Assembly (NCBI GenBank): GCA_964619725.1
Contig: CAZUFC010000160.1
Span: 1-17,088 of the forward strand
Direction: 5' to 3'
DNA length: 17,088 bases
From: an uncultured bacterium
GTDB taxonomy: Bacteria; CSSED10-310; CAZUFC01
Numbering within the stretch: the first letter of the stretch is position 1; the number at the start of each line of letters is the position of its first letter. Below the pieces are notes generated by a model that was not told where the DNA came from, searched no databases, and saw nothing but the letters and a program-made list of their open reading frames with translations. The position numbers and the translations under genes are program-made. Positions 10,101-17,088 of the stretch are shown here, one piece after another.

Positions 10101-10844
10101 GCTCCATGTTCTGAAAACAAAGGCGGAGCATTGGCATGCTGGTGGGATGAAAGAAAATCTTTCGGACAAACGTTATTCGTCATGGGCATCAACCATCACG
10201 GCATTATAGGCGATCCGTGCGCCTGGCTTATCTCGCCGACGCCGGAACTGACTCCTTCAGAAATTCCTACGCCGCCTCCATCTGCAACGCCAACACAATC
10301 TCCCACAATGCCCCCGACCCTCACGCCCACTCTGTCCCCTACCCAGGCTCCAACCGATACCCCGACTTTAACGCCCACTCTCGTCCCGACAGATACCCCC
10401 ACATTAACGCCGACATTCACCCCGACCGATACGCCCACTCTGACGCCGACACTCGTCCCGACCGATACGCCTTCTTCAACCCCCACCTCGTCTCCTACAG
10501 ATTCACCCTCTCCATCTCATACACTAACGCCGACCCAAACCCTGACGCCTTCGCACACTCTCTCGCCCTCCCCTTCACTATCGCCAACCTTCTCACCCAC
10601 TTTAACTCCCACTTTTTCTCCCACACTTACTCACACCTTCTCCCCTACAGAAACTCCCACTAATTCGCCCACATCCTCCCCCACCAATTCGCCCACGCAT
10701 ACTTTCACTCCAACACCGCTCGAAACGCCCACGCCTACACTATCGCCGACGCCGCCTCCTGTTCCTGCAGCCGGCTCTTTCGGTGTTGCATTACTCGCAC
10801 TGTTGACAGGCCTCATGCTGGTGCATTCCAAATTTAAAAGTTGA
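7191..10844 (+). CDS. large surface protein: two tandem 8-repeat beta-propeller-like domains, P/T/S-rich stalk, IPTL-CTERM-like sorting tail
   Basis: ATG 7191 with RBS AAGGGAG (7176-7182); signal peptide; 16 repeats of the form (S/T)DGxGGhhhhW...hxxQRhDxxGxxxW; P/T/S tract; ends [27 protein letters not shown] (VP motif, TM helix, basic tail). Confidence 0.85.
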   Translation: MREQICFVVVLLMVALFPYVSVMKAAVTQDKAVGESVGIIHGSCLAFIPEHADMSIKGLGFSADDYGVREGIWSSEGSQRSPGDHFFSAMLSQTPSPVFTATPVPTPAPTTAWTDDPVENIKVTALSGDFWGHRIISDGMGGYIVSWCSEEGAFAQKFNDAGNRMWGENGIRIAGDATDFYGSPRLCTDGMGGALFFWSAYHEGGEYEVWGQRADAAGNLQWGLNGQRIGDAGEEAVCPAAATDGNNGAYVFWAGELMYAQRIDAEGNSLWSEKILIDTGGYSPQIVSDGRDGAILTYKKWTYSYYDIWAQRLNPLGMKLWGNNSLLVSGAFNYQECPRVVSDGAGGGVFAYKSRSVGLYSIFMQRVEYDGTPSWIDDGICFYDGEVDETHLVSDGAGGAVVVWRAASDSNIYAGRVDADGNSVWNDPVPLTDHGMVDDFANSPPAAVTDGMGGLIAFFTVWDTTIYKYRLMGQRVDSSGNLLWGMNGITVSGDHDTAKSCARAAACAEGWGGAVVCWQDDRDGFSDIYIMGVDSDGGLGEPCTLLLTPIPSTPVSPTPIHTFTPTPNTTWSVDTSENLLVRESRTDDAYAHRIISDGFGGFIVVWSYEMRISKGNRYYIAAQKFNELGNRMWGPDGVLVCDYPTEPFGPRVCADGSGGAYFVWYDYNDEVRAQRITAAGVVAWQPNGVRLSSEDEYGYCPFAASGGNNGAYFVWTGYKTLVQRVSPSGTVCWNSPVEVGADYGWSGKITEDGTGGCIVVWMQYGNDWDDDIYMQRLDANGVKKWGEGGFCVCNAVDDQECPRIISDGKGGAFVMWTDERDPEDAIYVQKVRPRGSAAWETNGVCVSDFPARSWGGHYMVHDGTGGVIAVWRTTDYTLRAKRIDSSGDNAWLGSEALSTIGSIIDVAYSPVHAVTDGFDGAIAAWVGYDETLDQDVVYAQRITGRGSFPWGPGGIVLCDNSEEEMSCVRVAPCSENKGGALACWWDERKSFGQTLFVMGINHHGIIGDPCAWLISPTPELTPSEIPTPPPSATPTQSPTMPPTLTPTLSPTQAPTDTPTLTPTLVPTDTPTLTPTFTPTDTPTLTPTLVPTDTPSSTPTSSPTDSPSPSHTLTPTQTLTPSHTLSPSPSLSPTFSPTLTPTFSPTLTHTFSPTETPTNSPTSSPTNSPTHTFTPTPLETPTPTLSPTPPPVPAAGSFGVALLALLTGLMLVHSKFKS
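10231..10760 (+). repeat. low-complexity Pro/Thr/Ser coding tract (PTDTPTLT-type units)
   Basis: Translation is PTxT/PSxS tetrapeptide periodic, including repeated [10 protein letters not shown] units. Confidence 0.9.
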
Positions 10845-11043
10845 CCGGTTTGATATCCAAGCCTCGGTGATTGCAGACGGAAACTGTTCAAAAAATCACA
10901 CCTTTTCGAGCAATATAATTCGAAAAGTTACTGTAAACGATTATCGAGCCGAATGAACCCTGTCGTCGTCAAACCGTTCGGACGCCTTATGAACAGTACA
11001 TAGACGATTTTAAAATGAATGACGAAGCGATGTCGTCGCCTGC

Positions 11044-11209
11044 GGGACTGATCAAACAGGGGTTACACTTCTTTCAAAACTTTGAAGGTTTGTTTCAGTT
11101 ATCGGGGGCGGGACCAGTATCGGGTTCGCAAGCGCAATTGAAATCGAAACAATTTGATGGAAGCTTCCGTCGAATTGTAACCTCAAAAGTCCTTTTTTTG
11201 ATCAATGCC
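11044..11209. mobile_element. MITE copy 1 (166 bp), IS1595-family-like ends
   Basis: TIR GGGACTGATCAAA vs reverse-complemented right end GGCATTGATCAAA (11/13); flanks TCGCCTGC / TGGCCTGA (6/8); homologous along its length to 14047-14201. Confidence 0.7.
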
Positions 11210-11650
11210 TGGCCTGAAAAAATTTTTTCTCTCTTGACACTGTTCAGAATAGGTGATAAAAAATTCTTATAATGCTTGATTTTTTGATTTTACATGTCCT
11301 GCTTGCACAAATTTCAATCGAAACTTTCTCTGATGTTTGAGAGGGTTTTAAGGAAGTCCGAAGATGTAATATTAAAAGGAAATTTCAATTCTCTGCGAGA
11401 TGATTGCCGTTCCCGGCGCTTAAAAATCCATCCGGGCGAATCGGACATTTCAGGAACGGGATTGAGATGGAGAAAGGGCGTGTGCAACGGGACAAGAAAA
11501 TTTTAATCGGCCGTGACTAGAGAGTCGGTACTGTCATTATTCAATGAGGGGAGAATGTAAGCGGCTCTTTTACATAGATTCTAAAGTTGTCGGTCCGATG
11601 AACGGACCGGAAAGTTAACCTATTTTTCGTTAAATTATAAGGAGGGTTAT

Positions 11651-13741
11651 ATGAAGAAATCATATTTACCGACCATCGCGGCGACATGCATTTTAATGAT
11701 CATGTCGCTCGCGCAATTCAGCGGCGTATCGGCAAGAGACCTTGTGCCTTATGAGCCGGTCGTCATTGATGATCCCAACAATCCCGGAACGGGCGTCATG
11801 ATCATTCCCCTGGTTGATGACGGTTCTTCCGGCGCCAAATCGGATACGGCATTCCATTCATTCGTCCGTTATCCTTCGGAATGGGACACGCAATATTTCG
11901 AGGAAATGACGGATAACATCGCTTATACCAGGGACCTTTTGTTCGGCGGGCAAGCATCGATTTCCAGTCCGGCGGACGGCGAGACCTGGCATTGCAAGAT
12001 GGTCAGGCCCGACGGTTTGACCGCGACGTGGAACAAGTTGACGTTCTATGAGAATTATGAAGGGCAGACGAATTGTTTTATGACGCCCAACTGGGTTGAA
12101 CCTTTGTGCAACGTGACTTCCATATTGATGACCTGGTATACCGGCGGTCAATGCGGGCCGAAGGGAACCTGGACGATGACCTTTTACAACGACGATGTCG
12201 TCTATTATGAAGGTTCGTTCGAGGTTTATCCCCGGATTCCGCCCACGAAACCCAGCGGCGAGATAACGGTTCCCCGGTATAATCAGGGTTCCTGCACTGA
12301 TGCGTACGATAATATCTGCCGAACGGGAACCAGCCGTAATTCTTACCCCTGCGACGGGCGTCAGGGCGAGGTCCCCTGGACTGTAGCGGGTAAAGGTTGC
12401 GCCATGACCAGCGCCTGCATGGTGATGGCTTATCATGGCGTCTCGGTAACGCCTGCGGGATTCAACACCTGGTGTAAATCCAACAAAGGTTATGATCTCA
12501 ACGGCAATATCTTCTGGAATTCCGTCAACAGGTATTCGGCTTTGCAGGGAGAAGATAAAACCGTCTCTTTCCGAGGTTTCGGCGGCAATCTCAAAAACCT
12601 GATCTGCACTTACGGTCCCCAGATAATCAGCGTTAAAAACAACGGACACTGGGTGACGGCAATAGGACAGGTGGAAGATGAATCGACCTATATCATTAAT
12701 GATCCTGCAGGCGGCGTCGAAACGACTCTAAACGCTTACAGCAATACTTACAAGAGTATCAGGGCTTTTTCCGGGCCGGAACATGTGTTCGTCGACACGA
12801 TGTGCGGCATTACCATCAGATACCATTCGCCGGGCGAGTTGATCATCAGCGATTCAGACGGAAGGATGACGGGTTATGATCCCGATACGGGAGTTTTTTA
12901 CAACGAAATTCCCCAATCCAACTATGAATATATCGCTCTGCTTGAACCGGGAGAAGATTACCCCCCTGATTACGATATCGTAACGAAGTCCCTGGAAATC
13001 ATTAAGCCGCCGGACGGCCTGTTTTCGCTGGACGTCATCGGAACCGGCACAGGAACGTATGATCTGGAAATTCATGCTTTTGATCTTAATGGGAATCCCT
13101 CTTCCGGAATCTATAGAAACGTTCCGATCGCACCGGGAGACCTGCATAATTACGAATTCCTCTTTAAACAGGACGGCGGCAGCGAAATACCCACTCCTTT
13201 CCCGCCCACAGGTACGCCGTCGCCCGCACCGCCCACAGAAACGCCGACAGCAGCTCCGCCCACCGACACTCCTGCGCCGCCAACCGAAACCCCAACCCCC
13301 GCGCCTCCCACAGAAACGCCGACTCCAGCCCCTCCCACAGAAACTCCAACTCCTGCACCTCCCACAGAAACGCCGACACCTGTCCCGCCTACGGAAACTC
13401 CGACTCCCGTTCCCCCTACCGATACTCCAACGCCTGAAACTCCGACCAATACACCGACTTTCACTCCAACCTCGGAACCGACGAACACCCCTGCAGCCGT
13501 CGAATGCGAAGTAGAAATCGTAAACGCCCAATATTATAACAAACAAAAATGGTTAATGGTGATAGCTCTTTGCGATAAAAAAGGAGCCACTTTGACGCTC
13601 TGGGATGACGCCGGACATTTCCTGGGCACAATGACTTCGCACGGCGCTCAAAATCACAGGTGGAGAGGAACAGTAGACCATAAACCAGAATTCGTTGAAG
13701 TTCGCAGTGATTGCGGAGGCGTTGACACGGCCAAGTTGTAA
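11651..13741 (+). CDS. secreted multidomain peptidase C39-like (papain-fold) protein with PT-rich linker and small C-terminal beta domain
   Basis: RBS AAGGAGGG; signal peptide; Peptidase_C39_2-like motifs YNQ (12284), GCAMTSACMV (Cys 12398), GHWVTAIG (His 12647), YIINDP (Asp 12701); then HSPGELIISDSDG..GTGTGTYDL beta-sandwich, PT repeats and an ~80-aa terminal domain. Confidence 0.85.
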   Translation: MKKSYLPTIAATCILMIMSLAQFSGVSARDLVPYEPVVIDDPNNPGTGVMIIPLVDDGSSGAKSDTAFHSFVRYPSEWDTQYFEEMTDNIAYTRDLLFGGQASISSPADGETWHCKMVRPDGLTATWNKLTFYENYEGQTNCFMTPNWVEPLCNVTSILMTWYTGGQCGPKGTWTMTFYNDDVVYYEGSFEVYPRIPPTKPSGEITVPRYNQGSCTDAYDNICRTGTSRNSYPCDGRQGEVPWTVAGKGCAMTSACMVMAYHGVSVTPAGFNTWCKSNKGYDLNGNIFWNSVNRYSALQGEDKTVSFRGFGGNLKNLICTYGPQIISVKNNGHWVTAIGQVEDESTYIINDPAGGVETTLNAYSNTYKSIRAFSGPEHVFVDTMCGITIRYHSPGELIISDSDGRMTGYDPDTGVFYNEIPQSNYEYIALLEPGEDYPPDYDIVTKSLEIIKPPDGLFSLDVIGTGTGTYDLEIHAFDLNGNPSSGIYRNVPIAPGDLHNYEFLFKQDGGSEIPTPFPPTGTPSPAPPTETPTAAPPTDTPAPPTETPTPAPPTETPTPAPPTETPTPAPPTETPTPVPPTETPTPVPPTDTPTPETPTNTPTFTPTSEPTNTPAAVECEVEIVNAQYYNKQKWLMVIALCDKKGATLTLWDDAGHFLGTMTSHGAQNHRWRGTVDHKPEFVEVRSDCGGVDTAKL
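13202..13492 (+). repeat. coding tandem repeat, ~9 x PPTETPTP(A/V)
   Basis: Nine PPT(E/D/G)TP-type units, mostly 27 nt, followed by PTNT units. Confidence 0.9.
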
Positions 13742-13797
13742 AGACTGCGGTACGATGGTTTTTACGACCGTCAGCAATTGTGTATAAATGAGCTAAG

Positions 13798-13835
13798 GGC
13801 TTTTTACGCCGGGAAAACCGGCGTAAAAAGCCTTT
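13798..13835 (+). terminator. strong hairpin, probable intrinsic terminator of the peptidase gene
   Basis: Perfect 15-bp stem GGCTTTTTACGCCGG / CCGGCGTAAAAAGCC, loop GAAAA, followed by TTT, about 56 nt after the stop. Confidence 0.65.
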
Positions 13836-13874
13836 AAATTCCCTGTTCGCGTAGAATCGCATAAAAAAAGAAAA

Positions 13875-13897
13875 GTAGAAGCGGCATCCTGCCGCTT
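13875..13897 (+). repeat. GTAG-type REP-like palindrome
   Basis: GTAG followed by AAGCGGCA-TCC-TGCCGCTT (perfect 8-bp stem). Confidence 0.45.
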
Positions 13898-14046
13898 TCC
13901 GAAGCCCTTTCAAAATCGATCACGCCGATGCGGCCCCGTAATCCTGAATGAAATAATAAAAAACCGTAAGCGTAACCAGCTTCCCGATGCATCTCTGAAA
14001 TCCATTTCCCGTCAAGGCGAAAAAAAGATCAGCAATATGCTAACAT

Positions 14047-14201
14047 AGAACTGATCAAACCGGGATTACACTTCTTCCATAACTTTTGACAGTTTGTTTC
14101 AGTAATCAGTATCGGTATCGCAATCGGGATCGAAATCGAAACAAAATGATGAGATATTCTTTCGAAATGCAACCTCAAAAGACGCATTTTTGATCTATGC
14201 C
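14047..14201. mobile_element. MITE copy 2 (155 bp), same family and orientation as 11044-11209
   Basis: Shares ACTGATCAAAC, TTACACTTCTT, GTTTGTTTCAGT, GAAATCGAAACAA, AACCTCAAAAG and TTTTTGATC.ATGCC blocks with copy 1; flanks GCTAACAT / GTTAATAT (6/8). Confidence 0.7.
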
Positions 14202-14274
14202 GTTAATATGATGTACAGATTAAATAACGACAACGACAGCAGCAACGATTATAAATAAACATATTTACTTTTAA

Positions 14275-14287
14275 AATCAATTACTTG
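14275..14287 (+). promoter_or_regulatory. possible IHF-binding site
   Basis: AATCAATTACTTG matches WATCAANNNNTTR, preceded by an A/T tract. Confidence 0.3.
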
Positions 14288-14505
14288 TATTCCTGATCCT
14301 GATGCCGGAGCCGCCGGCGGGGGAATTGGACAATCTTCATGCTTTACGGCGTTGCATGTAAAAAATTGGATTCAATAAGTCGTAGAGCTTTTGTCAAAAG
14401 CAATAAATTTGTCGACTGATGCAGAAAAAAGTGTGGGTGCAGCCATTTCTGCTACCCTTATATCGAATGCCCAACCAGGCGGCTAAACAGGGACAAGCGG
14501 CCCCC

Positions 14506-14533
14506 TTGACTAAAAAGTGAAAAAAGGTAGGAT
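14506..14533 (+). promoter_or_regulatory. sigma70-type promoter candidate for the phosphoesterase-NACHT gene
   Basis: TTGACT (14506-14511), 16-nt spacer, TAGGAT (14528-14533); AAGGAAGGA RBS before ATG 14615. Confidence 0.45.
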
Positions 14534-14614
14534 ATATCAGTAATAACGAGCAATGCGCCGTTCAACCCTGACCGGCCCGGACAACACGAAAGCGGCAAAA
14601 CAAGGAAGGATAAA

Positions 14615-15577
14615 ATGACCGAGGTCAATATACTTCATCTCTCGGACACTCACTTCAAAGAAGGTGATGAGAACAAACAGAAGACTTATGCGGCAGACGT
14701 GACGACGAAATTAATAACAGCCGTATCTGAGCACATAGAGGAGCATTCGCCCCATGTCGATTACGTAGCTTTTACGGGCGACATAGCGTTCAACGGCCGC
14801 GATTACGGCGAAGCGTGGAAATTCTTCAGTAAGTTGAAGGAAAAATTATCCCCGGATGCTGTTTTTCTTATCGTGCCCGGGAATCATGATGTCGACCGGA
14901 AAAAGGTAAAAGGGCATATATCTCTCCACGACATGGTTGAAAATCAAAAAACAGATAACTTTCTTGAATCGAAAGAAGACATAAATTATCTCCTCATCCC
15001 CAAATTCAAAGCCTATCGAGAGTTCGTGGACAGGATTCAACCCGGATTATACGAATTAGAGGACGATTATTACTGGGTTCACAATGACGAGGACCGCCGG
15101 GTGACGTTTTTGGGACTCAACAGCGCCTGGGCCTGTCAGGACGACGATGACCGGTTCAAAATAACGCTCGGATATCCGCAGGTCATGGGGGCCCTGGACG
15201 AGTCACTAGCCGCTATGCCGTTTAAGATCGCCCTGATGCATCACCCGCCGGAAAACTGGTTCGAAGGAAGAGATTTCGGCCGTTACTACGGTGAACTTGA
15301 GCATCACTGTTTTTTAATCCTGCACGGTCATAAACACAAGGATGATGCAAGACTCGTAAACACACCGACAGACCGCTGCATAACCCTCGGCGCCAACGCT
15401 TCTTATACGAAAGAGGGCGACGGTTTCGTAGGTTTTCAGTTTATCCGTATAAACTGTCGGAAAAGAAGATCGACGTGCGCGTTTATCCCTACAAACTGGA
15501 AAAGATCGAGCGGATTCAGTTTCTGCCCGCCAGGAACCGCTGGCGGGGACAGAAAGGATGCGATTACTTCGATCTGA
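14615..15577 (+). CDS. calcineurin-like metallophosphoesterase domain; N-terminal part of a frameshifted phosphoesterase-NACHT fusion
   Basis: All five motifs present: HLSDTH, FTGDIA, VPGNHD, MHHPP, LHGHKH; the last ~40 aa (after GFQFIRI) look out of frame. Confidence 0.9.
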   Translation: MTEVNILHLSDTHFKEGDENKQKTYAADVTTKLITAVSEHIEEHSPHVDYVAFTGDIAFNGRDYGEAWKFFSKLKEKLSPDAVFLIVPGNHDVDRKKVKGHISLHDMVENQKTDNFLESKEDINYLLIPKFKAYREFVDRIQPGLYELEDDYYWVHNDEDRRVTFLGLNSAWACQDDDDRFKITLGYPQVMGALDESLAAMPFKIALMHHPPENWFEGRDFGRYYGELEHHCFLILHGHKHKDDARLVNTPTDRCITLGANASYTKEGDGFVGFQFIRINCRKRRSTCAFIPTNWKRSSGFSFCPPGTAGGDRKDAITSI

Positions 15578-17088
15578 CGATAGAGCAGGCTTGCGAAGAA
15601 GAAAGGGAATCCCGTTCATCCCTTACTATTCCCGAAGGATACAGGCAATGGTTGAAGGATGATAATTCCATATTGCGTTTCGATGAGTTGGCCGCCAGTG
15701 GAGAAGCCGTCGTCCTCAGTCTCCCGAAATTGTACATTCCATTGGAAACCGCGAATCCGGACTACAAACCGAAAGAACGGGAGGGGATGCATAAAAAAGA
15801 AATGTTTGAAGAATTCGTCGGTGAAGAGGATGCGGACGAAACCGTTGAGGAGGCCGGTGAAAGCCCCACAATCAGCATAGAAGAACTCCTGATGAAAAAG
15901 AAGTGTATTCTTCTGCGCGGAGAAGCCGGCACAGGCAAAACAACCCTGGTCAGGCACCTGGCTTACTCACTGGCCCAAAGCAGATGCCCGGCGGGTATGC
16001 AGTTCCGGCTGCCGGTCCCGGTGTTTTTCAAAACGTTCTGGTCTGTTTTCGACAAAGAATACAAAGAGAAACGGGACTGCATCGACATGACGGAGCTGCT
16101 GGATAAATATTTTCAGCACGCCGAATGCCCTTTAACCATGGAAACAGTGAAAACCTGGGCGAATCAGAACAGGGCCGTTTTCCTGTTCGACGGACTCGAC
16201 GAAATACCCAAACATCTGCGCCCGGAATTAGTGGAAAAAACCGCGAATTTTCGTAAGGCCCACAAGGAGAACGTATTCCTGTTCACGGGACGCAGTCACG
16301 GGGTCGCCGGCAAAGCCGCCCAGAGCTTCGGCAAACATCTCCACGATATTAATCCGTTGAACAGGGACCAGGTAAACTCGTTCATCGGTCGCTGGTTCGC
16401 TTCCGTTAAAAAACAGGCCAAAGGTATGGCGCAAGCAACCGCAGAATCCATGATCTCCGACATGGAGCGGCATGAACACATCGGACCGTTCTCCGAGAAT
16501 CCCCTGCTGCTGACCGCCCTGTGCATCCTTTACCTGGACGGCAACCGTTTCCCCGATCAGAGGGCCGATCTGTATGACAGGACGGTAAATAACCTGATTT
16601 TCCGCAAGTTCCACGATCCCGCCGATCCCGAAATGGAAAACCGAGTCGATGACTACCTGATGCGAACGGCATTTTATGTGCATGAAGAGAGAAAACGGGA
16701 ATTCGACGAACATATTGCCGAAGAACTGATTAAGGAATCATTCCCCAAAAAGAAAGAGGAAAAAGAAGTCGATTACAAAATGCGGCAGAAAGAACTTTTC
16801 CGAAGCATTGAACCCGATTGCGGACTCTTGAGACGGCTCGACAGCGGACAACTGGAGTTCTTCCATTTGAGTTTCCAGGCGTTCCTGGCGGCAAAACGAA
16901 TTAGAGATGCGGTATTGGACCATAATACCTTCCTGGATGACGAATGGTGGGAAGAAGCTCTTCTGCTCTATGCCGGCTTGCGCAACAAAGGATCGAAAGT
17001 ACTCAGCGCCCGGATAATCGAAGAAATCATGCGGCATGCATTGATGCCGGGTAAAGACAAAGAACGGCTGCTGCTTCTGGCCGCAAAA
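15451..17088 (+). CDS. NACHT-family STAND NTPase region (partial, runs off the window; -1 frame continuation of the 14615 gene)
   Basis: Hand translation: frame is stop-free from 15334 to 17088; LPKLYIPL, Walker A GEAGTGKTT (15919-15945), LPVPV, Walker B AVFLFDGLDE (16174-16203), FLFTGR, NPLLL (16498), RADLY, LEFFHLSFQAFLAA (16852), WWEEALLLYAG. Confidence 0.9.

Noticed and set aside
11015-11506. ORFs 11015-11272 and 11294-11506
   Set aside because: The first spans MITE copy 1 and promoter DNA; neither has coding features
13202-13492. 27-nt periodic repeat as a CRISPR array
   Set aside because: Contiguous in-frame coding repeats with no unique spacers and no cas genes
10196-13546. Gly/Val-rich minus-strand ORFs (10196-10486, 10631-10891, 13150-13488) and overlapping frames
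   Set aside because: Reverse-complement read-outs of the Pro/Thr coding repeats
11044-14201. Repeats as integron attC sites or a composite transposon around the peptidase
   Set aside because: The TAAC..GTTA look at copy 2 is explained by its target duplication and is absent at copy 1; each copy has its own flanking 8-mer pair; no integrase or transposase in the window
15616-17037. Short ORFs listed on both strands in the last 1.5 kb
   Set aside because: All overlap the uninterrupted NACHT frame, which the track missed because it has no stop in the window

Overview
17-kb accessory/cell-envelope region of a diderm bacterium (OmpA-domain and beta-barrel proteins), mostly poorly characterised genes. 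In order: (1) beta-barrel+Ig/PKD+OmpA protein and (2) a coupled BNR/Asp-box propeller protein; (3) a convergent FadL-like barrel; (4) a ~485-bp TIR-bounded non-autonomous element with a TTAG duplication, inserted at the stop codon of (5) a membrane-domain/GNAT fusion; (6) a 1217-aa surface protein with two duplicated 8-repeat propeller-like domains, a P/T/S stalk and an IPTL-CTERM-like tail; (7) a secreted peptidase C39-like protein with a PT linker, lying between two copies of a ~160-bp hairpin MITE with IS1595-type ends and degenerate 8-bp target duplications; (8) a metallophosphoesterase-NACHT (NLR-like) gene, split by a -1 frameshift near 15451, whose NACHT frame is missing from the ORF track and runs off the right end. 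No rRNA, tRNA, CRISPR array or transposase seen. All family assignments come from motifs read by eye, not from database searches.
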